NCBI GenBank assembly: GCA_963668025.2
Contig: CAXXTH010000017.1
Location: forward strand, 1,344,001 to 1,408,000
Reading direction: 5' to 3'
From: Candidatus Hydrogenedentota bacterium
GTDB lineage: Bacteria; Hydrogenedentota; Hydrogenedentia; Hydrogenedentales; SLHB01
Length of the DNA: 64,000 bases
Under the pieces are notes generated by a model. It ran no database searches, was not told the origin of the DNA, and saw only the letters and a list, made by a program, of their open reading frames with translations. A program made the translations under genes and the position numbers. Positions 30,230 through 39,451 of the stretch are shown here, piece after piece. Numbering within the stretch: the stretch's first letter is position 1; each line of letters starts with the position of its first letter.

Positions 30230-30661
30230 GTGAATGAGCCATTCTTTGAGAGCGAGTTTCCTAGCTCGATGGAGGCCATGGCGGAACCCCTCGAGGGAGC
30301 GTTAAGCGCCCTCCGTGAACGTGGCTGGGTCAAGGAAAACAGCGCGTTTTACGCCCATTTGTGCCTCGAAGAGGCCCTTGTCAACGCCATTATTCACGGC
30401 AACGAGAGCGATGTATCGCGCAAGGTCCGCCTGGCGTTGAGTGAGGAAGGGCCACATTGTGTCATCCGGGTATGGGACGAAGGCCGTGGTTTCTGCGTCG
30501 ATCAGATCAAAATGCCGGATGTGGAAACACAAGGCGGGCGCGGCGTTTGCCTCATCAAATACTGCATGGATGAAGTAGAGTACAATAAGACCGACCGATG
30601 TTTAGTGATGAAGTTGCCGCGCAATGGCAAATGCACGGGGTATCCAGGAGCAAGGGAGTAA
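30230..30661 (+). CDS. rsbW: Anti-sigma factor / Ser kinase (RsbW-like HATPase)
   Basis: LCLEEALVNAIIHGN, VWDEGRGF, GGRGVCLI..MDEVEYN; start uncertain (GTG 30230). Confidence 0.85.
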   Translation: MNEPFFESEFPSSMEAMAEPLEGALSALRERGWVKENSAFYAHLCLEEALVNAIIHGNESDVSRKVRLALSEEGPHCVIRVWDEGRGFCVDQIKMPDVETQGGRGVCLIKYCMDEVEYNKTDRCLVMKLPRNGKCTGYPGARE

Positions 30662-30666
30662 AGGAT

Positions 30667-31071
30667 ATGAGTGACCAGCCCATTCTCACCTTCGAGGAAC
30701 GGGAAAAGATCATCGTCGGAAAGATCGGAGCGGCCAGCGTCCTCGACGCCGTGAATGTAACCCAATTGGGCAGCGAATTGCTGGCCTTTGTTGAAAAACG
30801 TACAGGTGTCCATCTGCTCCTCGATTTCGAGAATGTCGACTATCTCTCGAGCGCGGTGCTGACCGAACTGCTTCGCATTCATAAAGTAGTGGGCGAGCGC
30901 AAAGGAAGTTTCCGCCTGTGCTCCCTGAATAAAGATATTCGTAAAGTCTTCGAAATCACCAATCTGGATAAGATGTTCACCATTTACCCAACCGTCGATG
31001 ACGGCGTTAAGAAATTCAGGCGCTCGCTGGCTATCGAAGCGGAAGATGAAGCGTGGGAACATAATGTGTAG
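30667..31071 (+). CDS. rsbV: Anti-anti-sigma factor (STAS, RsbV-like)
   Basis: LLLDFENVDYLSSAVL (phospho-Ser region), IRKVFEITNLDKMF. Confidence 0.88.
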   Translation: MSDQPILTFEEREKIIVGKIGAASVLDAVNVTQLGSELLAFVEKRTGVHLLLDFENVDYLSSAVLTELLRIHKVVGERKGSFRLCSLNKDIRKVFEITNLDKMFTIYPTVDDGVKKFRRSLAIEAEDEAWEHNV

Positions 31072-31199
31072 TTTTTTTGCTGCGCGGAACCACGCTACCA
31101 TGCTTGGATGGTAGAGATCTTGATTGGTTAGAGGTGTGTACGCCGGGTATTGCGCATACGAGACGATGGCAATATCCCGGCGTTTTGTTTTTCCCGCCG

Positions 31200-32882
31200 T
31201 TAGTTAAGCGTTCGGGTGGTGACTTTGATGGGTTCCGCCGGGTGTGGGGCCGTAAAAATCACCTCGGTGTTTCCGAACACATACCGCATCTCATCCGGCT
31301 TGCCCAGGTAGGGCTTCAAAAGGGATACGACCTCTTCGTTCATCACATCATCTGTTACAATCCACCGGCCTTTCCCGCTCTCGACTACGGTATACGGCGG
31401 CGCATATGCATTCCGAATGCTTTCCGGCGCTAATGGAGTCGTGGTGACTACGGTGACGCCCTTGTCACGAACCATCTGCTCGAGGACCGCCATGCATTCT
31501 GGACTGATCAGCTTGCCCGTAAGAAACACGAGCCGCACATTCCGGTACAATTCGGGATCAGACGCCAAATGGTCATATATCGCGACATTGTTGGCGGGAA
31601 AGAAAAACCGGAACGGCTCTCCGATGGACATATCGTTGTAATTCACGGCATTGAGGGGCGTTTTTCCATGCGTAATGACATGCCAGATTTTGAACCAATA
31701 GCTTGTCTGCGGATCGGGTAGAAGGTTAGGAGCGCCATAAAGATATCCCGTGATGTAAGTGCTTGTTTTCTCCTGGCCCCAGTCGGAGTCTTCAAAATGA
31801 ACGATGATGATCTCCGGCTCGAATTCACGCGAGGTGAACGCCCTTTTTTGTGCGGGTAAATAGTTGCGCCGGAATTCCTTGGCGACTTCTCCCCAGGGCG
31901 ACAACTCCACGCCATCCGCCGCTTTAACATAGAGGCTCCCTTTATAAAGGGGGTCCGTCCCGTCACACCCAATATTCTCGATATACGCCCGTTCCGCGCC
32001 TGTCCAATAGGAAAACAGCAGGGACGACCACAGGTCTTGCGGCGTGTGCCCGGGGTACACGCTCAGCCATAAATCCAAGCAGGTCCAATAGGGGAGATTA
32101 TATTGTTTCGCCGCGCCTAGCGCCGCCGCCGCGGTTATTGGAGTGATGGATTCCTTCAAGTATTTCGGCGCGGGCACGATGCCGGCTTCCGCGAGGAGGT
32201 GGTTTAGGACCGGGAAGACATACTCGCCTGAAATGACCGGGCCTTTCGTCTTTTGGCGGGCGTTCTCCGCGAAACCCGGGTATTGGACGCTCATGAGCTT
32301 GGCGAGGTTGTTTTTGTTGCCGATATACGCCTGCTCGAGCGTATCTCCCTGCGCATCATAGAAGGTGGGCGCATACTTGCCCTCGAGGATGGTGATCCAT
32401 GCGCCGTTCATGATGCAATGGTCGAGTTCATCGTAACAAATGCCCAGAAAATAGGGGGAATTGCGGCAGAATTCCACGAGGTCTTTCGGCATTTGGAAGA
32501 ATAGCCCCGGTTTCGTATACATGCTTTCATCGCCACGTTCCCGGAGGCCGCCCTCGTTGTTCACGATGTAGCTATGGCCCGTCTGCCGCGCCCATGCATC
32601 CAGCTTGGAAACCTCTTCGGCAAGCGGCATACGGCTCAGATGGTAACTCAGGAAGTCAAAGCCAATCTCGTCAAACACCTGCTGTTCCCGGGGGTCATCG
32701 AAAATAGGTTTGGAACTGCCCGCGTCATCCACCCCCAATGGCATATCCGTCTCAGGCGGTTTATCCACTTGCGCCTGTGCAGGAACGCTTGCCCAGAACA
32801 TAGGAATGCACAGACACGCCAAGCGAATGGCGGGTATGAAAATCCCAAAAGAAAGAGTTGTTGCAAAAGTCATCTTCAGCAT
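31200..32882 (-). CDS. Secreted hypothetical protein, GH-like, paralog B
   Basis: Signal peptide ending PAQA; highly similar to 33222-34913; start set at ATG 32882 because GAAGGAAC mirrors the RBS of paralog A. Confidence 0.75.
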   Translation of the reverse strand: MLKMTFATTLSFGIFIPAIRLACLCIPMFWASVPAQAQVDKPPETDMPLGVDDAGSSKPIFDDPREQQVFDEIGFDFLSYHLSRMPLAEEVSKLDAWARQTGHSYIVNNEGGLRERGDESMYTKPGLFFQMPKDLVEFCRNSPYFLGICYDELDHCIMNGAWITILEGKYAPTFYDAQGDTLEQAYIGNKNNLAKLMSVQYPGFAENARQKTKGPVISGEYVFPVLNHLLAEAGIVPAPKYLKESITPITAAAALGAAKQYNLPYWTCLDLWLSVYPGHTPQDLWSSLLFSYWTGAERAYIENIGCDGTDPLYKGSLYVKAADGVELSPWGEVAKEFRRNYLPAQKRAFTSREFEPEIIIVHFEDSDWGQEKTSTYITGYLYGAPNLLPDPQTSYWFKIWHVITHGKTPLNAVNYNDMSIGEPFRFFFPANNVAIYDHLASDPELYRNVRLVFLTGKLISPECMAVLEQMVRDKGVTVVTTTPLAPESIRNAYAPPYTVVESGKGRWIVTDDVMNEEVVSLLKPYLGKPDEMRYVFGNTEVIFTAPHPAEPIKVTTRTLN

Positions 32883-33221
32883 GTTGTAGTTCCTTCCCGC
32901 AATGTTTCTTTTCATGACGCCACGCATCCCCGCAAAACGAGATATGCACCACATCATAAGGCAGCGCCCTATCACCATATAGTTCCTTACATTAAGCGCC
33001 TACAAGGCTGCCTGAGTTCTCGCTCGATATAGTATCAGTATTCATTAATGTCCATTCGCGGTTCTTGAAAGAATAGTGGATTACAGCGATGGATCATAAG
33101 TCTTTACCCATTGTGAAAGCGATAGCCGGTAAAATGTGTTGTAGAATAACACCTCTTGTAGTTAAATAACGTGTAATATATCCTATGCGGGCCATTTGAT
33201 CCTCGATAAAAACCGACAGAA

Positions 33222-34913
33222 TTATTTTAGTGATCCTGTAGTTACCTTGATAGGTTCCGCTGGGTGTGGAGCGGCAAAAATCACCTCGGTATTGCCAAAC
33301 ACATACCGCAATTCGTCTGGTTTGCCTAGATAGGGCTTCACGAGGGAAACGACGCCTTCATCCATGACATTGTCGGTCACAATCCAACGGCCCTTTCCTT
33401 TGGAAACAATCGTATAGGGTGAAGAACTGTCGTGCTGCATTCCTTCCGGCGCTAGATGTGTTGTGGTAACGACGGTGAGTCCCTGTTCACACACAAACTG
33501 CTCAAGGGTTGCCATGCATGCAGGGCTAATCATCTTGCCGGTGAGAAACACGAGCCGTGCGCTTCGGTAGAGTTCTGGATCCGCCGCCAAATGGTCATAA
33601 ACGGCTACGTTGTTGGCGGGAAAGAAGAATCGGTACGGTTTGCCCATGGAAAGGTTGTTGAAATTGAGGGCAAGCAAGGGCGTTTTACCGTGCGAGATGA
33701 CGTTCCATATCTTGAACCAATACTGCGTTTGCGGATCTGGTTTGAGATCGGGAGCGCCATACAGGTAGCCCGTGATGTAGGTGCTGGTCTTCTCTTGGCC
33801 CCAGTCGGAGTCGTCGAAGTGTATAATGATTATTTCAGGTTCGAAGTCGCGGGAAGAAAAGGTTCGCCGGTGCGTGGGAAGATAGTTCTGACGAAACTCT
33901 TTTGCCACTTCACCCCACGGTGATAGCTCGATCCCGTTAGCGGCTTTGACATAGAGACTACCCTTGAAGAGGAAGTTAGTGCCGTCACCACCCAGGTTCT
34001 CAATATATGCGCGTTCCGCGCCCGTCCAGTAGGAGAACAGCAGGGACGCCCACAGGTCTTGAGGCGAATGGCCTGGGTACTCTGCGCACCATAGGTCCAA
34101 GCACGTCCAGTATGGCAAGTTGTATTGCTTTGCGGCTCCCAACGCCACTGCCGCCGTCACTGGCGTGATTGACTCTTTCAAGTACTTTGGCGTCGGCACA
34201 ATCCCCGCGCGCGCGAGGAGATGGTTCAGGACTGGAAATACGTACTCGCCGCAGATAACGGGCGTCTTGCCGCGCTGTCGGGCGTTTTCCGCGAAACCAG
34301 GATACTGTGTGTCCATGAGCACGGACAGGTTGTGGCTGTTGCCGGCATACGCCTGTTCGAGCGAGTCTCCGGACGCATCATACAAGCACGGTGCGTACTT
34401 GCCTTCGAGGATGGTTATCCATGCGCCGTTCATTATGCAGTGGTCGAGTTCATCGTAACAGATGCCCAGGAATCGCGGTGAAGAACGACAGAATTCCACG
34501 AGATCCTTGGGCAGTTGGAAGAAGAGCCCCGGCTTTCTGAACAAGCTCTCGTCGCCCCGCGCTCGCACGCCACCCTCGCTGTTTATGATGTAGTCGTGGC
34601 CCGTCCGCCGCGCCCACGCGTCAAGCTTGGAAATCCCTTCGGCAAGGTCCGCGGGTTCAAGATGGTAACTTAAAAAATCGAAGCCAATCTCATCAAACAC
34701 TTGCTGTTCCCTGGGATTGTCGTAAATTCGTATGGGACTGCAGCCGTCATCCACTCCCAGCGGCATATCGGTTTCTTGCGGCTTATCCGCCTGCGCCTGT
34801 GCGGGAACGATTGCTAAAAACACAAGAATACAGAGACACACCAAGAGAATAGCCGGCATATGAACCCGGATTTGACACACCGTTATAGTGATAATCTGTT
34901 TGTTCTGTATCAT
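33222..34913 (-). CDS. Secreted hypothetical protein, GH-like, paralog A
   Basis: ATG 34913 overlaps the upstream stop (ATGA); signal peptide; shares GICYDELDHCIMNGAWITILEGKYAP, PKYLKESITP, WTCLDLW, AERAYIEN with paralog B. Confidence 0.78.
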   Translation of the reverse strand: MIQNKQIITITVCQIRVHMPAILLVCLCILVFLAIVPAQAQADKPQETDMPLGVDDGCSPIRIYDNPREQQVFDEIGFDFLSYHLEPADLAEGISKLDAWARRTGHDYIINSEGGVRARGDESLFRKPGLFFQLPKDLVEFCRSSPRFLGICYDELDHCIMNGAWITILEGKYAPCLYDASGDSLEQAYAGNSHNLSVLMDTQYPGFAENARQRGKTPVICGEYVFPVLNHLLARAGIVPTPKYLKESITPVTAAVALGAAKQYNLPYWTCLDLWCAEYPGHSPQDLWASLLFSYWTGAERAYIENLGGDGTNFLFKGSLYVKAANGIELSPWGEVAKEFRQNYLPTHRRTFSSRDFEPEIIIIHFDDSDWGQEKTSTYITGYLYGAPDLKPDPQTQYWFKIWNVISHGKTPLLALNFNNLSMGKPYRFFFPANNVAVYDHLAADPELYRSARLVFLTGKMISPACMATLEQFVCEQGLTVVTTTHLAPEGMQHDSSSPYTIVSKGKGRWIVTDNVMDEGVVSLVKPYLGKPDELRYVFGNTEVIFAAPHPAEPIKVTTGSLK

Positions 34914-37240
34914 CGCGTGGTTCCTTTCGATGCAGCTCCCATTTTGGTCTGCGGGTCCACGACCAGCCAGAACGCCTCGCAAGGCTCGAAGGCGGCATCT
35001 ATAAGGATATCTCCTTCAGGCAAAGACTCAGAAGCAACCGTACGTATCTCTCCATTTTCGCAATTCCATATCGAGCACTGCCCCTGGACATCGCGGATGC
35101 GCAGACGGCAATTCTTCGGCTCTTCCGAATTGTTCACCAGCCAAAAATAATCCCGGCCATCAATCCGGCGGTGTGATTGGAGCATCGGGAATTCGCCTTT
35201 CTCGAATGCCACTTGCGGAGGCGCTGTCTGGCTGATAAATTGAGGCAGCTCCTCTAGTGTCGAGTGTTTCACATTCGGCATACGCCGAAGCTTCTCGACC
35301 ATATGGTTCATCGCGGGATCATTCATGCCATTATCCGTTGAGCCTTGAGGCAATTGGTCCAGATACAGGAGCAGCCCGCCTGCTTGTGCGAAAGACAACA
35401 GTTTTTTGACTACTTTCAACGGCAATACGGTTAAGCGGGGCAAAACCACCACCTTGAAAGAAAACTCGCCGATGGACAGCGCAGCTTCGTCTGAGACCCT
35501 CATGCGATTAATGTAATAGCGGTCCGCAATCATATATTCGGTTCTAGAACGAGTCAGGCATTCAATGGCTCCCGAATACACACTCTCAATGGTCTTAACC
35601 TCTTCGGTTGTCCAGTTGGGGAGATCAAAAAAGAACTTGGGGACATCGTAGTTAGTCAATTTGGGATCGAATGTCGCCGGGCAGGTGGATATCCAGACGC
35701 TGTCCATGGGATTGACTAATAGGACATCCGGAACTAGATGGCCATGCGAATTTACAAAGCTGGCCCGCCTGACGAAATCCGTCCATAAATCGAGGTAATC
35801 CCAAAAAGGATTTTCATCATACCAGTCACAAGGGAAGGGAATGGAATTCAGTTCCCGGTCCAGAAATACGCCATGGGGGATGGCGTGGCTTACGCCCCAC
35901 GCCGTGATGGAGTTCGCGATTTGTTTCATCAAGACAGGCGTTTGCTGCCAGCCCGCCACGCCCATGACTTCGGATGTGAACCGTTTTCCATCAAATTCAC
36001 TAACCGATTGGGTTTCTTTAAAGGCGCGCACCTCGAGCCCGGATGAACCGAGACAGTCCTGGCCGGGCATCGAAAACGCGCGTTGCGCTTTGAAATAATC
36101 CCCAACCATGGCAGCTTGCTGCGTTAATACGGGCCATGTATGCCCGGTGAAATACATGCCATGGCCTTCACACCACTGGTTCAATGCGCCAAAAAAACCG
36201 TCTGAATACAGGTCAGATACGGCGTCATACCAGTTCCAGCGAATTTTGACGTATTGTCCCTCTTGATCTTCTTCGAAAAGAAGGGGAAGCCATGTCTTCA
36301 GGTCCAGGCCGGTTTTAGCATGAAACACCGTTTCCAAATCATTGGACCATGCCAGTTTGAATCCATAGGCTCCTTCATGGTCGCAAAACACGCCAGGCAT
36401 GGATTTTCCCAGCCGGTTTCCGAAATACACCGCATACGGCTCATAGGCGATCTTAATATATGCCTTGGCCAGCCGCCGGTCCAGGTAGTTGACATCCCCA
36501 CCGTCTAGGTCGAGTTGGTGTATTTTCTGAAAAACATACAAGCGCCAATTCCCATTCGGAACGGCCCATGTGAACGGCGTGCCCGAACCAATGACTTTCA
36601 AGGTCTTGCTCGCAATAAGCCCTTTTCCACTTTCTCCGTCCTTCTCGGCCAGACGGGCGGCCACCACAAAAAACGATTCCGGCAAGCTGGCTTCTTGTCC
36701 TCCGTTGACATCCATCGTATCCCATCCAAGGGACAATGACTTCAGTTCAGGATATTGCTGAAGCACTTTCCCGTCGGCCCGGCCCATGGGCCACCAATAA
36801 TCATCACAGAACCCGAAATAGCCGTTCGCTTTTTCGCTCTCCTTCAGTGCGGCATCCAATGTTTCAAACCACAAAGGCGACAGCCATTGGTCATGGGGCA
36901 ATAGGCTCAAGGTCTTTCCAGGGATGGGATGATCGAGGGGCTTGCAATAGGGTTCCGCACCCGAACTACGGGCATGTGCGTAGCCAGGATTAAGGCCTTT
37001 GCCACTCATTTTAGCCGCCATGGCCGCCGCCAATCTCGGATCAAGCGGCGCATCATAAAACCAGAAAGCGAAAGGGGCATAGAGCATATCAGGTTGCTTG
37101 AATTGGGTGCGGAGATCATGGAAAGAGATTGATTGGCGGTATCCAGGTTTTGGATTCATATCTTCCCCTTCATTGGCCGCGTAACTACAAAACGCCATGC
37201 CACAAAGCATAACAACGAGGGGAGCCCATCTAGGCTTCAT
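34910..37240 (-). CDS. GH106-like glycoside hydrolase, C-terminally truncated paralog of 12743-16033
   Basis: Collinear with the 1096-aa protein from the start to FEPCEAFWL, then stops at 776 aa. Confidence 0.78.
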   Translation of the reverse strand: MKPRWAPLVVMLCGMAFCSYAANEGEDMNPKPGYRQSISFHDLRTQFKQPDMLYAPFAFWFYDAPLDPRLAAAMAAKMSGKGLNPGYAHARSSGAEPYCKPLDHPIPGKTLSLLPHDQWLSPLWFETLDAALKESEKANGYFGFCDDYWWPMGRADGKVLQQYPELKSLSLGWDTMDVNGGQEASLPESFFVVAARLAEKDGESGKGLIASKTLKVIGSGTPFTWAVPNGNWRLYVFQKIHQLDLDGGDVNYLDRRLAKAYIKIAYEPYAVYFGNRLGKSMPGVFCDHEGAYGFKLAWSNDLETVFHAKTGLDLKTWLPLLFEEDQEGQYVKIRWNWYDAVSDLYSDGFFGALNQWCEGHGMYFTGHTWPVLTQQAAMVGDYFKAQRAFSMPGQDCLGSSGLEVRAFKETQSVSEFDGKRFTSEVMGVAGWQQTPVLMKQIANSITAWGVSHAIPHGVFLDRELNSIPFPCDWYDENPFWDYLDLWTDFVRRASFVNSHGHLVPDVLLVNPMDSVWISTCPATFDPKLTNYDVPKFFFDLPNWTTEEVKTIESVYSGAIECLTRSRTEYMIADRYYINRMRVSDEAALSIGEFSFKVVVLPRLTVLPLKVVKKLLSFAQAGGLLLYLDQLPQGSTDNGMNDPAMNHMVEKLRRMPNVKHSTLEELPQFISQTAPPQVAFEKGEFPMLQSHRRIDGRDYFWLVNNSEEPKNCRLRIRDVQGQCSIWNCENGEIRTVASESLPEGDILIDAAFEPCEAFWLVVDPQTKMGAASKGTTR

Positions 37241-37461
37241 TTTTTCATCTCCTCATGTTTTCTCTGATGAATATCAGTGGAGTATGGAAACTATATGTGA
37301 ATAATTTTTCCTGTTCCTGTGGCTTTTTTCGTAACACTTTAGCCAACTGAAGCAAGATCTGATGCTCTTTCTTATTTATTGCATCGCAACGGTATTAATA
37401 CGCACTATGCCATGTAACGACCGTCAGGGGTGCGGTCCCTCCCTTTTTTCTAGTAAGCAAT

Positions 37462-37491
37462 GTGTGGGACCGGCGCCCTCGCCGGTCATTC
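37462..37491 (+). repeat. REP-like palindrome, copy 2
   Basis: gtgtgggaccggcg-ccct-cgccggtcattc. Confidence 0.7.
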
Positions 37492-38125
37492 TTCACCTCT
37501 AGGCTAAAGTGTTACTTCTTTTCACTTCTCGCACATCCTATCAGCCCGCTCAAGCGGGCTAAGAGGACTAGCGGTTCCTCACTATTAAGTCTCTGGCAGT
37601 GCCAGAAATGTTGTACGAACTAGGTCAAACGCCGGCGTTTATAGTGAAACTCTTCTAGGTGGCGTATAAGCACCTGTTCTAATATGTTAAATTTACAACT
37701 TTTCCACAATAAAGTACCGTGTTTTTCCGCGCTTGTCAAGTCTTCTGATTGCTACATCCGATATCAGTTTTTTTGTTTATTAGTAAATCCATACATGCCC
37801 GTATTTTCGCATATTTATAATGGCAAAAGTGCAGATATGGAAATTCCAAGTGGCTAGTGGCAGAAATAAAGCTTGAAATCAGCATTAAAATGGAGTGATT
37901 ATTGCCTATTTGCATGAGGCTTTTGAGGACAGGATAGAGATAGTTTATGTAAAAATTCGCTTTTAATTTTACATTATGAACAATTTGGTGGTTGCGGTGA
38001 AATTATGGCTTAATATGAGGTAAACACCTTAGCAAAAGGAAAAGAATTTTTTTCTGCTCAACTACGGCCTCTTGTCTCGTTCTTTCATGTTTTTAATAGG
38101 TATCTATAGAGTAGCACTACCCCGC

Positions 38126-39121
38126 CTAATCTGGATCAGTTTTGCGCTCTTTCTTGCGAACGAATAGAATCGATGCCAATACTAATAATATACCTAAAGC
38201 AATATAGGAATTGGGTGGCTTGATGATGGATTTGACCATCTTTTTCATTACTAGATCCAGCCTGTTTTTTATGTCGCGATGCAATGGAAGCCTCAAGCCG
38301 TTATTATCTGGTGGAAGACTAAATCGGGCCTTGTCAACCGGGCCGATCCAGGATGTTTCATTCAGTAATTCTATTGTGATTTTTTTCTCATCTTGGAATG
38401 TATATTCGAGACGCTCGGGTAGATAAATGCCGTCGATTTTGGTATGGCCTACCCATGTAAATGACTTTTCAGGTTCGTTATCATCAATAAACCCCCAATC
38501 GGAAACAGGCATATGATATACTACATCAATTTCATATAACTCTGCGCAACTCGGAATATCATTTATAGGAAAAGCGATCTCGATTTCGATGATTTCATTG
38601 AGCTCGTCTGTTTTTTCTATCAATCCATCTGAGTGATATTTCACTGGAAATATTCGGAAGAATAAATCGGCCGTCGATAATCCCCGGTGGTCTTGTCCAA
38701 TAGTGACCGCCATGCTGCTCATCGGCTTGAGGTACGCACGGATGATCGCGTTCTTAAAATATTCATTATTCTCTATATCTTCGCGACAATAAGCGAAAAG
38801 AAAACTCAAATTCATTTCGCTTTTTGACAAGAAAGCTGTTTTCCCATCAGAAACAGCAATTATTTTTGTATCTTCACCCGTATATCCAATCCGAAAACGT
38901 TCTTCGCCCGTCCATTCAAAATAGAAATAGAAAGGCTCCACCGCCAGTTCTGATGCGCTCTGAACTGTGCATTTAAACTCTAGATGGCCCGATGTTAGCT
39001 TGTCTTCTCTCTCGATGCATTTTCGAACCAAATCTCGTGCTTCGTCCGCATAGCAGATATACCCAATCAATATCTGCATGCAAAATAACAACATGCATTG
39101 ATGTGTTGAATGATACCGCAT
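38126..39121 (-). CDS. AT-rich exported hypothetical protein with C-terminal TM anchor (possible LolA-like fold)
   Basis: Signal-like N-terminus; beta-rich middle (GIYLPERLEY); C-terminal YIALGILLVLASILFVRKKERK; RBS GAGGAG. Confidence 0.65.
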   Translation of the reverse strand: MRYHSTHQCMLLFCMQILIGYICYADEARDLVRKCIEREDKLTSGHLEFKCTVQSASELAVEPFYFYFEWTGEERFRIGYTGEDTKIIAVSDGKTAFLSKSEMNLSFLFAYCREDIENNEYFKNAIIRAYLKPMSSMAVTIGQDHRGLSTADLFFRIFPVKYHSDGLIEKTDELNEIIEIEIAFPINDIPSCAELYEIDVVYHMPVSDWGFIDDNEPEKSFTWVGHTKIDGIYLPERLEYTFQDEKKITIELLNETSWIGPVDKARFSLPPDNNGLRLPLHRDIKNRLDLVMKKMVKSIIKPPNSYIALGILLVLASILFVRKKERKTDPD

Positions 39122-39270
39122 AACTACAAGCTCCTCTAGCTCCAGCTAGAAGCATAGGCCAGCAAAAAAATCTATTCTATCTGATGGCTGATAACGCAAG
39201 CAATCTTCTGTAAAAAGGGAGCGACAAAGTGGCCATGTGGCGCATTTGAAATAACTGCTGAACACCTACA

Positions 39271-39317
39271 AGAGAGGCCTGGCCGAATGCAATACAGGCG
39301 GCCAGGCCTCTTTTTTT
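39271..39317 (+). terminator. Intrinsic terminator-like hairpin
   Basis: gaggcctggccg...cggccaggcctc followed by T7. Confidence 0.7.
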
Positions 39318-39451
39318 GTGCGGATGACGGCACGCGCGAAACTTTTTAGTGTATACTAAGGGTGGGGAAACTGGAGATTCGCACCATGCGTGCGGTGGGA
39401 GCGGCTTATGCCTAGAATAAAGGCTGAGCCTCGGGGATAGGGGTTTTATGC

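Noticed and set aside
34700-34910. Frameshifted continuation of the truncated GH106-like gene
   Set aside because: Downstream sequence encodes paralog A with its own signal peptide and shows no similarity to the missing C-terminus.
37568-37623. CTAG-bounded segment with an internal hairpin as a MITE
   Set aside because: The ends are not inverted repeats of each other.
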